The notes under the pieces were generated by a model. The model saw nothing but the letters and a program-made list of their open reading frames with translations. It made no database searches and had not been told where the DNA came from. A DNA stretch of 64,000 nucleotides from an uncultured Candidatus Binatia bacterium. GTDB lineage: Bacteria; Desulfobacterota; Binatia; UBA9968; JAJDTQ01. Positions 1-9,840 of the stretch are shown here, piece after piece (position 1 is the first letter of the stretch; every line of letters starts with the position of its first letter). The translations under genes were made by a program, and so were the position numbers. The stretch spans positions 3,424,001 through 3,488,000 of the forward strand of contig OZ243916.1 of NCBI GenBank assembly GCA_965213675.1, in the 5' to 3' direction.

Positions 1-550
1 GGTGCAGCAACCCCATGTGGTGCGTCTGGAGACCCGCACCATGAGCGCCGAGGGGACCGGCGAAGTGAACATGCGCGCGTTGGTCATCAACGCGCTACGG
101 ATGCGTCCGGACCGCATCATCGTTGGAGAGGTGCGCGGGGCCGAAGCCATGGAGATGCTGCAGGCCATGAACACCGGTCATCCGGGATCCATGTCCACCA
201 TCCACGCCAATACGCCGCGGGACGCGCTGATCCGGCTCGAGAACATGCTGCTGATGGGCACAGCGGAGATGCCGCTCCAGGTCATTCGCCAGCAGGTGGC
301 GTCGGGCATCGATCTCGTGGTTCAGGTGGAAAGGATCCCTTCCGGTAAACGCTGCGTGACCAGCATCACCGACGTGGCCGGGATGGAGAACGATGTCGTT
401 CTCACCGAGGAAATGTGGCGTCTTGTGCGCGACGGGACGGACGAAGTCTTCGAGGGTAGCGGCCGGCAACCGTCATGGATGACCGCGGTGGACCGGGCCG
501 GTTTGCGCGCCGAGTTGCAACAGGCGCTTCAGTCCGGCCGCCAGGGATAG
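1..550 (+). CDS. cpaF: Flp/Tad pilus assembly ATPase CpaF/TadA, C-terminal part (runs off window edge)
   Basis: [16 protein letters not shown] (Walker B) and [16 protein letters not shown] (His box) motifs of TadA/VirB11 ATPases. Confidence 0.92.
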   Translation, partial: VQQPHVVRLETRTMSAEGTGEVNMRALVINALRMRPDRIIVGEVRGAEAMEMLQAMNTGHPGSMSTIHANTPRDALIRLENMLLMGTAEMPLQVIRQQVASGIDLVVQVERIPSGKRCVTSITDVAGMENDVVLTEEMWRLVRDGTDEVFEGSGRQPSWMTAVDRAGLRAELQQALQSGRQG

Positions 551-570
551 CGGCACGAGGAGGCGAGCCC

Positions 571-1530
571 ATGTTGACAGCGTGGAGCGTGGCGGGAACG
601 TTTCTCGCGGCCTTTGTGTGCTTGGGCTTGTGGCTGAGCACCCGGGCCAGTGATAAGGCCCTGGATCGCCGGGTGCGTCGTGTGGCCGCCGTACTTGCCG
701 GGGACTTGGACGAGGACTTGGCCCGGAATCAAGCCAACGACGCCAAGGTCAGTGTCTTCCGCACGCTGCAGGCCAAATCACGGTGGCGCGAGTCCCTCGA
801 GAAGCGGTTCTGTATGCTCGAAGGCCACGACGCGCTTCCCAAGGCAGGCCTGGCGGGCGTGTTGGCCGCGGTGCTGGTAGCGGCTGTCGCCAACGCCATG
901 CAATTCGGCCTTCTGGTGTTGCCCTTGGCGCTGGCGGCTTGGGCCGCCGGCGGTTGGACGTTCCTTTCCGCCTGGGATGTGCGGGTGCGCGCCAAATTCG
1001 TGAAGCAGTTCCCCGAGATCGCGGATCAGATCGTGCGTCTAGCGCGCGCCGGGTTGCCCGCGGTGGAGGCCATCGCCGAGGTAGCCAGGGAGGTGGCGGA
1101 GCCTGCCAAGCATATTCTGCAACGGATCTCGGATGAGTTGTCTTCGGGTCTGGATCCCGAGACCGTGCTGCGCGATGCCTCGTCGCACATCCGCGTGCCG
1201 GAGTTCACCCTGTTTACCTCGGCCCTCACATTGCAGCGAACCACCGGCGGCAGCATCGCGGTTACCATCGGCAATCTCGCCACCACCGTGCGCGCGCGCA
1301 TGGAGGTGCAAGCCAAGGCCCAGGCTGGCACGGCGCAGACCCGCATGACACTGTGGGTGCTGGCCGTGGTTCCATTGGTGGCTTTGTTGGGCCAGTCTTT
1401 CACGAGTCCGGAGACCGTGCAGGTGCTGTTCAACACCGAAGGAGGCGCCACGTTGTTGCGCTGGGGTTGCGGCCTGATCGTGGCGGGATTGCTGACGGCA
1501 CGCACCATTGCCGCACGGTTCATGCGATGA
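571..1530 (+). CDS. tadB: Tad pilus inner-membrane platform protein TadB (T2SS F family)
   Basis: Follows cpaF; N-terminal TM; QFPEIADQIVRLARAG and QRTTGGSIA motifs; GAGGAGG upstream of ATG 571. Confidence 0.85.
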   Translation: MLTAWSVAGTFLAAFVCLGLWLSTRASDKALDRRVRRVAAVLAGDLDEDLARNQANDAKVSVFRTLQAKSRWRESLEKRFCMLEGHDALPKAGLAGVLAAVLVAAVANAMQFGLLVLPLALAAWAAGGWTFLSAWDVRVRAKFVKQFPEIADQIVRLARAGLPAVEAIAEVAREVAEPAKHILQRISDELSSGLDPETVLRDASSHIRVPEFTLFTSALTLQRTTGGSIAVTIGNLATTVRARMEVQAKAQAGTAQTRMTLWVLAVVPLVALLGQSFTSPETVQVLFNTEGGATLLRWGCGLIVAGLLTARTIAARFMR

Positions 1531-2519
1531 TGTCATCTCCGTTCATGGTATGGGTGTTGGGGTTTGCCGCGCTGGCGTCGCTGGTTCTGCTGGCGGCGTC
1601 CATCCGCTTTCTGTTCCAGGACAGCCGCAAGGCGCTGGCCCTGGACCGGCGCTTGCAGACGGTTCGGAAACAGGCTCTCTCCGCATGCGGCGGGATGGAT
1701 TTGCGGGTGGAGGACGGTTCCATGCGCGTCGTCTCGCTTCCGATGTTGTCCGTGTTCGCAGCGGGCGCATTCAGGATGGCTGCCATGCTGGCGCCCATCG
1801 AAGCCTCCGAGCGCGCCAAGATTGGCGTCCTGATAGTGAAGGCCGGCTTCCAGCACCGCGATGCGCTGGCGATCTTCCTGTCGCTCAAGCTGACCCTGAT
1901 GCTAATCGTGGGTGGGCTTGCCGGCTTCCTGCCGTGGTACATGCAGTTGCTGGGCGGACACCCCGTGGTCATCAGCATCGCCGTTTTGGTTGGCTTGGTG
2001 TTGGGCGGGCTGTTGCCCGAAGCGGGATTGCGGCGGGTGCTCGCCCGGCGGAAGCTCAACCTGTCTCGCGCACTTCCGGACGCACTGGACCTCATGGTGC
2101 TGTGCGTCGAGGCCGGGTACACTTTCGAACGCGCTCTCGCTATTGTTTCCAGAGAACTGCAGCCCATTGCCCCGGACCTCGCCCGGGAACTCGCCGCGGT
2201 GGAGGCCGAGTTGCGTGTGGGCGCGGAGCGCAAGAGGGTGCTTATGGAGCTCTACGAGCGCACCGAAACCGAGGGCATACGCGATTTCGCGATGACCGTC
2301 ATTCAGGCCGAACGCTACGGCACCCCTATTGGCCAGTCCATTCAGAACATCGCGGCCAGTGAACGGACGCAACGCGCGGCTCGCATTGAAGCCCAAGCCG
2401 GCCGCCTGCCCGTCGTCATGAGCCTGCCCATGCTTCTTTTCGTGGTCCCCGGCATCCTGCTCTTGCTCGGCGGTCCAGCCTTCATTCAAGCGTTACGGTC
2501 ACTGCAGGGAGGCTTGTGA
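1527..2519 (+). CDS. tadC: Tad pilus platform protein TadC
   Basis: ATGA overlap with tadB; LPDALDLMVLCVEAG and QAERYGTPI motifs. Confidence 0.88.
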   Translation: MMSSPFMVWVLGFAALASLVLLAASIRFLFQDSRKALALDRRLQTVRKQALSACGGMDLRVEDGSMRVVSLPMLSVFAAGAFRMAAMLAPIEASERAKIGVLIVKAGFQHRDALAIFLSLKLTLMLIVGGLAGFLPWYMQLLGGHPVVISIAVLVGLVLGGLLPEAGLRRVLARRKLNLSRALPDALDLMVLCVEAGYTFERALAIVSRELQPIAPDLARELAAVEAELRVGAERKRVLMELYERTETEGIRDFAMTVIQAERYGTPIGQSIQNIAASERTQRAARIEAQAGRLPVVMSLPMLLFVVPGILLLLGGPAFIQALRSLQGGL

Positions 2520-2531
2520 TCGTCCGAGTCT

Positions 2532-3539
2532 TTACTGCGCCACCTTCACGTCCTCCTGTTTGTTGCCCCGAAGGACCTTCACCGTGATCCCCGGTGGTTC
2601 CATCACCTCCGGCGGCAAGGGCGGGGGCGCTAGTGCGTGGGGTTGGAGCGCGGTAGGAGCTGGAGTCATGGCGGGAACCGGCGCTGACGTTGTGCTTGGG
2701 GTCCCGTCGGGTACCGGTATCGGCTCGGGTTCCGGCGGCGTCGGCAGCAGGTTCTCGAAGGCGGTGGGCGTGCGGTTCTCGCGTCGCCGGACGTCCGTAA
2801 GGGATCGCATGGCCAGCGAGATGGTGCCCTTGTTCTTGGCCAGGATCAGGCGCTCGGCGTCCGGCGGCGGCAGTTCGAGTGTCACCGTGCTGGCGGCGTT
2901 TCGAGAAAATCTTCCTCCGATCCCGCTTCCGCTGCCGCTCACACTGCTCTCCACCTGACGGTTGACGGCCACGACGCGGATGTACTCCAGGATCGTGGCG
3001 GTCACGGTATTGGTCCCGCGCCCGTCGCGCCCGTCGAGTTGCGCCGTCAGGATCACGTCGACATGGTCGCCAGGATAGATCAAGGCCGCTTCGCTGGTGG
3101 CCGCGTCCACCCGGATGGTCACGGCGCGGTGGTCTGGCTTGAGAGCCGCGGCCAGGAAGCCGTGATCCCCCGGGCGCACGATGGCCGACCAGTTCAGCGG
3201 CATCCCCTTGAACACTGCCCGGCGCACCACCGAACCGATCACGTCGGCTTCGTTGGTCTTGCCTTGGAGCATGTGCGTCGACAGCACCGAGCCGTCGCGG
3301 ACCGGTTTCCACGCGAGGTCGCCGGTGGTGATCAACCTGCCGATATTGAGGTCGTTGGCCGCGGTCAATACCACGGGCACGGGTTTCGGCGGCGGCTCCG
3401 GCTTCGGCGGGGGCGGTGCGGGTTCCGGGCGCAGGTACAGCCAACCACCCCCCAAGGTGGCGACCACGGAGACGATGCCCAGGACAAGGAAAAGCATCGC
3501 GGAGCGCGAACTTTTTGCCAAGCGGGATCTCTGCATCAC
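2532..3539 (-). CDS. cpaB: Flp pilus assembly protein CpaB/RcpC
   Basis: N-terminal TM, SAF-like region, RAVTIRVD...IYPGDHVDVILT motif, Pro-rich tail. Confidence 0.88.
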   Translation of the reverse strand: MMQRSRLAKSSRSAMLFLVLGIVSVVATLGGGWLYLRPEPAPPPPKPEPPPKPVPVVLTAANDLNIGRLITTGDLAWKPVRDGSVLSTHMLQGKTNEADVIGSVVRRAVFKGMPLNWSAIVRPGDHGFLAAALKPDHRAVTIRVDAATSEAALIYPGDHVDVILTAQLDGRDGRGTNTVTATILEYIRVVAVNRQVESSVSGSGSGIGGRFSRNAASTVTLELPPPDAERLILAKNKGTISLAMRSLTDVRRRENRTPTAFENLLPTPPEPEPIPVPDGTPSTTSAPVPAMTPAPTALQPHALAPPPLPPEVMEPPGITVKVLRGNKQEDVKVAQ

Positions 3540-3548
3540 AGGCTCCCT

Positions 3549-4013
3549 TCAACTGTTCCCGGTGACGGGAAAGGCTTGCAGCACCGGGACCAGCATGGCT
3601 GGCGGCGCGATGGCCACCGCAAATGGAATGTTGTTGCGCAGCCGGCGCGTTGCGTCGAAAGGAAGCAGGCAGACGAGGCCGATGGCCAGACCCAGCAAAC
3701 CCACGCCGAACAGGAAGGTGCTGAGGCCGGCCGGTCCGATCCACAGCGCCGCCACGGCCATGAGCTTGCCGTCCCCGGCCCCCAGCGCGCCCATCAGGAA
3801 CAATCCGAAACCCACCCCGAAGAGCACCCCCCCCGTGACGAAGTGTGACCACAGCGGCATCATCCCGTGATGGCCCACCACCCCGAGCTGGACCAGGAAC
3901 AGTCCGAGAATGGCCAGCGGAATCAGGTTCGGGACTTCGCGGCTGCGCAAGTCGAATACCATCGCCGCGCCCATCAGCCCGCAATAGCCCGTCAGCAGCA
4001 ACAGTTCAGGCAC
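3549..4013 (-). CDS. cpaA: Prepilin peptidase CpaA/TadV (A24 family)
   Basis: DLRSREVPN and GAGDGKL aspartate motifs, hydrophobic, IPFAVAI C-terminus. Confidence 0.88.
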   Translation of the reverse strand: MPELLLLTGYCGLMGAAMVFDLRSREVPNLIPLAILGLFLVQLGVVGHHGMMPLWSHFVTGGVLFGVGFGLFLMGALGAGDGKLMAVAALWIGPAGLSTFLFGVGLLGLAIGLVCLLPFDATRRLRNNIPFAVAIAPPAMLVPVLQAFPVTGNS

Positions 4014-4062
4014 GGGAACCCCTTCTTCGTCTCACGATGTCTCATGATATTCCTGGTGTACC

Positions 4063-4084
4063 GTCACATGAGGCCTCATGTGAC
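4063..4084. promoter_or_regulatory. Perfect 22-bp palindrome upstream of cpaA (candidate operator)
   Basis: GTCACATGAGGCCTCATGTGAC is its own reverse complement and lies about 50 bp before the cpaA start. Confidence 0.45.
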
Positions 4085-4129
4085 AGGATTGATAGGATAC
4101 GGGTGTGGGCAGGTCTTCGCGCCGGAGCA

Positions 4130-6145
4130 CTATGGCCGGACAAAGCACTCCCGGCCGCGGCCCTTCAACGTACCACACACACGTCCCGCCTCGGTGACGT
4201 CCGGGAATGGCCCCGCGAAGAGTCGATAGAAAACCTGTTTGGGGATCTGGACCTTCACCACCCGTGGAGCCAGCGAGCCGAGCAGGTCCGTCTCGCCCCT
4301 GGACAGCCTCTTCCAAGCCGCCAGCGCCGCGGCCCGTGAGTTCGCCGCGTGAAGTTGCACCAGAACTCCCGCGCCTGAGGCCTTCTTCCCGGCTGCCACT
4401 TCAACCGCACCCGCCCCGCCGCTTCCGGCCCAGTTCTCCAGCGGAACGAAGCATTCCCGGCCGCGCCCCTTCAACAGCCGGCACAGGCGCTTGGCCGCGG
4501 CCTTGTTCGCCAGCGGACCCGCGCGAAGCCGGTAGAACACGCCCTTTCCGGGAATCCGGTTCTTCACCACGTCCGGGTTCAACGATCCGAGCAGGTCCTT
4601 CTCCGCCGCGAACAGCCGTCCCCAAGCCGCCAGCACCCCCGCCTCCGTACGCGCCGCGTAGATCTGCACCTGGGCGCCCGGCGCCGCGGAAGCCACGGCC
4701 GAACCCGCCGTCGCCGCTGGAACGGATGGCGTCTCCGAACCGGAAGTTGCCACCGAACCGGAAGCTGCCGCTACGTCCGAAGCCGCGGCCGAATCAGAAC
4801 TGCCTGCTGCATCCGATGTTGCTACGGACTCCGAAGCCGCCACCGCACCGGAACCCGCGGCCGAGTCGGGTGTGGCCGCTGCACCCGATGCCGCCCCTGG
4901 AGCCGAACTCGCTGCCTGGTCCGCGATTCCCGGTGGAGTCGGTTCAGCCGCGGTGCCGGAACCCGCCGCGGGATCCGAAGCTGCCACTTGGCCCGCCACA
5001 TCGGCTGGAGCCGAAACTGCCCCGGAACCGTGAGTTGCCGTTGGGTCCGATGCCGCTTCCCGCTGCGATGTCGTTCCCAGCCCGGCCGTGGCGGGCTTGC
5101 CCGAAAGCGCCGCCGGGTCTGCCTCACGGCCCGACTCCGTTGCCGCCCCCGCGGCCCCCGCCGTCTCGCCCCCCGAAGCCGTTTCGGAAGCGGAAGCCGT
5201 TTCGGGAGCCGAAGCCATTGCGTCGACGGAACCAGCCTCCACCGAAGTGCTCGCCACCCGGTCGCCGTCCTTGACTGGCGGCTCCCGGATCACCGTCGGG
5301 CCAAGGTCTTCCTCGACGATTCGCGCCGATGTATCGCCCGGCCCGTCGTCTTCCGCCTGCCCCGTCACCGGCCCTTGACCTTCCACGGCCAACGCGGTCT
5401 GCTCCGACCCCGATCCTGCCGCGCCTCCGCTCGAAGCCACCACCGGCTGTTCTGCCTCTTGGCCTTCTTCCAGCAGCTTCGACAGGTCGGCGGCGTCGTT
5501 GCCCAGCCAGTGGGATGCGGAGTGTCTGGCGTACAGCCGTCGCGCCTCTGCCGTCTCACCGGATTGCGCGAGTGCGCGGATCAGGTTGGCCGCGATCATC
5601 GGGTGCGACGACGACAGCCTGTCGGCTTCTTCGTAGTGCTTCCGCGCCAGTGCGTGGTCGCCTTCCAGTGTTGCCACCACGCCGAGTCCGTTGGCCACCC
5701 AGGCGGCCGCCGGCGTGTCCTTGGCCAGTTCGGACGCGGCGACGAACTCCTTCTTGGCCCCGGCCACATCGTCTTGGCCCAAGTTGGCCCGGCCCGCGCC
5801 CAGCAGTGCCGCGGCCTTGCTGCCCGGGGTGGTCGAGCGCTCTTCCGCCTCGGCGAACAGCTTGCCGGCGAGATTGAAGTCGCCGCTTCTCATGGCCAGG
5901 TATCCGAGCCCGAGTCTGGGCTCCGCGGCGTTGGGGTAGTGGCGGGAGAGTTCCCGGTACAGTCGTTCCGCGGCTGCGAACTGCCCCGCGTCAGCCGATG
6001 CGGAGGCCACGTTCAGACTGCTCTTCAACTGCTGCTGCTCTGCGGCGTCGAGTCGTTCCGGATTCTTGAAGAACGCGCAGCCGCTGGCGCCTAGGGACAG
6101 TGCTAGTCCCAGCGCCAGCATGCACGACTTCCAGAAGAACCTCAT
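4130..6145 (-). CDS. TPR lipoprotein (TadD-like) with long Ala/Ser linker and two C-terminal SPOR domains
   Basis: Lipobox LGASGC; TPR-type helices; two copies of VQ(I/L)xA...AW..L...LLGSL...(G/Q)VFYRL.AGP...C..LKGRGRECFV. Confidence 0.75.
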   Translation of the reverse strand: MRFFWKSCMLALGLALSLGASGCAFFKNPERLDAAEQQQLKSSLNVASASADAGQFAAAERLYRELSRHYPNAAEPRLGLGYLAMRSGDFNLAGKLFAEAEERSTTPGSKAAALLGAGRANLGQDDVAGAKKEFVAASELAKDTPAAAWVANGLGVVATLEGDHALARKHYEEADRLSSSHPMIAANLIRALAQSGETAEARRLYARHSASHWLGNDAADLSKLLEEGQEAEQPVVASSGGAAGSGSEQTALAVEGQGPVTGQAEDDGPGDTSARIVEEDLGPTVIREPPVKDGDRVASTSVEAGSVDAMASAPETASASETASGGETAGAAGAATESGREADPAALSGKPATAGLGTTSQREAASDPTATHGSGAVSAPADVAGQVAASDPAAGSGTAAEPTPPGIADQAASSAPGAASGAAATPDSAAGSGAVAASESVATSDAAGSSDSAAASDVAAASGSVATSGSETPSVPAATAGSAVASAAPGAQVQIYAARTEAGVLAAWGRLFAAEKDLLGSLNPDVVKNRIPGKGVFYRLRAGPLANKAAAKRLCRLLKGRGRECFVPLENWAGSGGAGAVEVAAGKKASGAGVLVQLHAANSRAAALAAWKRLSRGETDLLGSLAPRVVKVQIPKQVFYRLFAGPFPDVTEAGRVCGTLKGRGRECFVRP

Positions 6146-6187
6146 GGGTTCCGCCGCCACGCGTCGTGTCCCGCCTTCCACAGTAGC

Positions 6188-7642
6188 CTAGGAGCGGCCG
6201 GGCGGAGTTGTCGCCCCGGCTTCCCGAGACGCCCGCCCCGCGGCGTTCTGTTGCAGGCGTTCCGCCATCTTGACGATCATGTTGCGGATTCGGTCCAGCG
6301 CGCTGGCCAACTCCGCGAATTCGCCGGTGGCCGCCACGGTGACCCGGGCACTCACGTGGCCCTGCTCCATGCGTTGGATACGGTCGGTCAACGCGCGTAC
6401 CGGGGACAGCACCCAGCGGCTGAACACCCAGCACAACAGCAGCGAAGACAGCAGCAACGCCCCGCACAGCGTGGCGCCGAGCAACAGGAGTTGCTGTCCG
6501 AGGTTCGGCTGCTCGGCCGCGGGCGATCCGTCGAGTTCCGGCAGGGCCGTGTGATTGCTCAGATTCGGCGCCTCGGCGATGACCATCCAGTTGAAACCGG
6601 AGAAGCCGTCGATGACGGGAGCGAAGTAGGGAGTGTCGGCCGAACGCGCGAAGGCCACCAGTTGGCTGGGTGCGCCTTCCGAAGGATCCGGAGCGTTCGT
6701 CCGGGCGGCGATGAAGGATCCGGCTCGTCCGCCTTCGTAGGTTGGAGTCAAGTGTGCGAGGGATGCTTCCGTGAGCACGTTGACGTCCGGTTGCATGATT
6801 CGCCCGCGGTCGTGGGACGTGCGAGTTTCCGCGAGCAGCAACCCGTCACGGGTCACCACGGCGAATTCCGTCCGCTGCGCCGCCTCGGCGCCGTTGAGCG
6901 CGGGACCGGAAAGCCGCACGTGCAAGAGTTGGCCGGGAGCGGACAGGCGGCGCGCCACACGGTCGGAAAATAACTGGACGAAGCGCAACGGCACCACCGC
7001 CTTCATTACCCCCACGGGCTCCCCGGACCCTGGGTCGCGCATGGCCACCGCGATGTCCATGGCCCAAACGTGAGTGGATGAATTGAACACGATGTCGCCC
7101 ACGTAGAATCCTGAAGCCCAAGCCTGTTTCCACCAGTCCTCGTCGGACTGAACGAAATCCGTGGCCGGCCCGCTCAGCGCCACGTTGAAACCCATGGCGT
7201 CGGTGAAGAAGACGCCTCCGTAATTGGGGGAGCGTCTGATCTGCTCGCCCAGGAACCCGCGCGCCTCGGGCGCCAGTCCCAGGCTCTTGCGGGTTCGAAA
7301 CTTCGTCTCCAGTTGCCGCAGATTGAGGTTGTCGAACCCCTCCTTGACGTGAGCGGCCCGCGCATTTCGCGCCGCCTGGAGCACCACCGGCGACGCGGCC
7401 CAACTCCGCACCTCGGTGATGCGCTCGAGCAGGAATGCGTCGATGTTCCGCGACAGCCGCGCCGCGGCTTCCTCGAGTTTGAGCGTGTCGCTGCGCAAGG
7501 CCAGGGATTGAAGCCCGGAGGACGGGCCGCTCCCCATGCCGATCCACAACCAGTACGCTCCCGACCCGGCCGCAGCCATCAGCGGAACCCAGAGCAGAAA
7601 AAATATGGCCAACCCGAAACGAACGCCAAGGGATTGAGTCAT
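6188..7642 (-). CDS. Membrane Cache (PDC) sensor domain + HAMP protein without output domain
   Basis: Two TMs, FFTDAMGFNVA...DFVQSDEDWWKQA Cache signature, HAMP (PVRALTD...GEFAELASALDRIR), short tail. Confidence 0.75.
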   Translation of the reverse strand: MTQSLGVRFGLAIFFLLWVPLMAAAGSGAYWLWIGMGSGPSSGLQSLALRSDTLKLEEAAARLSRNIDAFLLERITEVRSWAASPVVLQAARNARAAHVKEGFDNLNLRQLETKFRTRKSLGLAPEARGFLGEQIRRSPNYGGVFFTDAMGFNVALSGPATDFVQSDEDWWKQAWASGFYVGDIVFNSSTHVWAMDIAVAMRDPGSGEPVGVMKAVVPLRFVQLFSDRVARRLSAPGQLLHVRLSGPALNGAEAAQRTEFAVVTRDGLLLAETRTSHDRGRIMQPDVNVLTEASLAHLTPTYEGGRAGSFIAARTNAPDPSEGAPSQLVAFARSADTPYFAPVIDGFSGFNWMVIAEAPNLSNHTALPELDGSPAAEQPNLGQQLLLLGATLCGALLLSSLLLCWVFSRWVLSPVRALTDRIQRMEQGHVSARVTVAATGEFAELASALDRIRNMIVKMAERLQQNAAGRASREAGATTPPGRS

Positions 7643-7698
7643 GGTCTCATCTCCAGCAACGGAGTCAACGAGCCAAACTGCAAGAATGCTCTATTTTC

Positions 7699-9603
7699 TC
7701 ATGGGTTGTCAAGCAATCTTGCTTCCTCGTAAAGGCGTTGGGCGTCGTCGACGTCGCCTCGGGACTCGTGGATCTTGCCCATGGCACCCAAGACGGCCGC
7801 CTCTCCCTTGCGGTTGTCCAGTTGGCGGTACAGGATCAGCGCGCTGTCGAGATACGCGAGGGCGCGCGTCAACTGGTCCTGGGCCATGAAGGCCACGCCG
7901 ATCCCGTGTTGCACCAGCGCGGCGCCGGGCCGGTCCCCGGTTCTCAGGCAGATGCGGATTCCTTCCTCCAGGTTCCTCACGGCCAGGTCGTGGGAGCCCG
8001 CTTCGGTCAGGATCGAGCTGAACTCCGCAATGGCCTGGACGTGCCCCGCGTCGTCGCCGGAATCCCTGAACAGCCGGACCGCATCGGAAAAGTGCATGCG
8101 CGCCTTGTCCGTCTGGCCCGTGCGCCGGTGCAGCCGGCCGGCGTTCAGGTGCAGCCGCGAAACCCAGCGCGCGTCCCCTTGCTGTCCCAGGCCGTCGATG
8201 GCTGTTTCGTAGGCTTCGGCCGCCTGGGCTTCGTTGCCCTGGAGGCGGTAGAATTCCGCCAGGTTGGATGAAGCCGTGGCGCGCACGCCGTCGTCCCCGC
8301 CGGTCTCCTGGAGGGCCTCCCTGGCGTAGACCACCGCCGGGGCGATCCTCCCGCGCGCCACGCTTGTGACCGCCAGCGCATTCAGGACAGGCCCCAGGCG
8401 GTCGCTGCGCGGCAGCGCCTCCTTGAGATGCGCTTCGGCCTCCTCGTGAAGGCTCAGGACGTTCTCCACAATGGCCAGCCGAAGGTACTCGGCGGCGTCT
8501 ATGGGCTGGCGCGCCGCCGCCCGCTGTTCCAGGTCTTCGCGGGCCGCGGCCACCGCGGTTTCGGCCGATTCCGGCAACGAAGTGCCGATCATCTCCAACA
8601 TCAGCAGATCGCCGGGACAGAGATCGGCCGCAAGCGCGAGTATCGCGTCCCCGGGGCGGTCTTCGGAACGGGGCGCTGCCGGCGCAGGCGCCGCCGCCGG
8701 GGTGAATACGGCTGGGGCCGCCGCGGGTATGGCGCTGCCAGGGGCAGGTTCTTGTTCGGCGAAGCCTCCGGCGAAAGACGCGGTTCTCTCGCCGCCGGGC
8801 CCCTGTTCCAGCGGTTGAGGCGCGAGGGGGCGCTCCTCCGCGTGCGCGCCTGCCGGCTCAGCCGGTCTCGCCGGTGGGGGCTGCGGCGCCGCCGCCGGTT
8901 CTTCCTGGAGTGGCTCTTGCGAGTGTGGAAAATCAGGGTTGGCAGCGGGTTCGGTCGCCTCCGTTGCCACGGGCTCCGCGGAGGTGGGCTCCACGGACAT
9001 TGGAGCGCGTCTCCACCACGGACGATCAAATTCGGGTTCTGGCGCAGTCCCGGCATCCTCTTCCGCAGGGGCGGTCCGCGGTTCCTCCGGTTCCTCGACC
9101 GGCAGTTCGGGCTCGGGAGCGCCGTACCGGATGCCCTGGTAGAAGAACCCGGGGCCGCTGTCCGCCTCGGGCTCGCCGGGGTCTTCCCCGGGCTGCTCCG
9201 GGGCCTGGGTTGGCGCCTGGGGCTGTCTCGGGGGTTCGGGCTCGGCCGCGGTTTCGCCGAACGTCGAACCGGTCTCCCACCAGGGGAGCTCGCCGGCCGG
9301 CCTCGGCGGCTCTTTCTGTGGATCGGGGACGGCCGGCTGATCCTCCGACATCACGGACCGCACGGACGGATTGACCGGATCACCCGTGGCCGCGGGTTCT
9401 TTCGCGGGCTCGCCTGAGAGTACGGACAGGACGGAGAGGTTGATCGCATCATCGGTTGCCACGGGCTCTTCCTCCGTCTGCTCCTCCGGGGTCTCATCCA
9501 TGGACGCCCCGTACCGCACTCCGCGATAGATATATCCCGTCGGCCGGGACGCATCCGTCGCCTGTTCGGTAGGATCACTGTCTTCCCTTTTCTTCCGTTC
9601 CAT
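7699..9603 (-). CDS. Tetratricopeptide repeat protein with acidic Pro/Glu-rich N-terminus
   Basis: C-terminal tandem TPR-like helices (e.g. ASSNLAEFYRLQGNEAQAAEAYETAI); low-complexity N-half. Confidence 0.75.
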   Translation of the reverse strand: MERKKREDSDPTEQATDASRPTGYIYRGVRYGASMDETPEEQTEEEPVATDDAINLSVLSVLSGEPAKEPAATGDPVNPSVRSVMSEDQPAVPDPQKEPPRPAGELPWWETGSTFGETAAEPEPPRQPQAPTQAPEQPGEDPGEPEADSGPGFFYQGIRYGAPEPELPVEEPEEPRTAPAEEDAGTAPEPEFDRPWWRRAPMSVEPTSAEPVATEATEPAANPDFPHSQEPLQEEPAAAPQPPPARPAEPAGAHAEERPLAPQPLEQGPGGERTASFAGGFAEQEPAPGSAIPAAAPAVFTPAAAPAPAAPRSEDRPGDAILALAADLCPGDLLMLEMIGTSLPESAETAVAAAREDLEQRAAARQPIDAAEYLRLAIVENVLSLHEEAEAHLKEALPRSDRLGPVLNALAVTSVARGRIAPAVVYAREALQETGGDDGVRATASSNLAEFYRLQGNEAQAAEAYETAIDGLGQQGDARWVSRLHLNAGRLHRRTGQTDKARMHFSDAVRLFRDSGDDAGHVQAIAEFSSILTEAGSHDLAVRNLEEGIRICLRTGDRPGAALVQHGIGVAFMAQDQLTRALAYLDSALILYRQLDNRKGEAAVLGAMGKIHESRGDVDDAQRLYEEARLLDNP

Positions 9604-9840
9604 ATTGCGGGACCCCCGGAATGCAGATTTTCATGATTGACGAATCGCGGATCACACGCCGCGGATGACACACGGCAAATGATCGCGGCAAGCACTCTGC
9701 CATCTTACGACAACTAGGGCAAAGATATCAACATGGAGCCTTTTTCACTCTTCACTCAGGGCTCTTCAAAAGACGGAAGATGCGAACCGGGAATGACGAA
9801 GGAGAATCCGGACTCTTGAATGCACCTGCTTTTTCACTAC

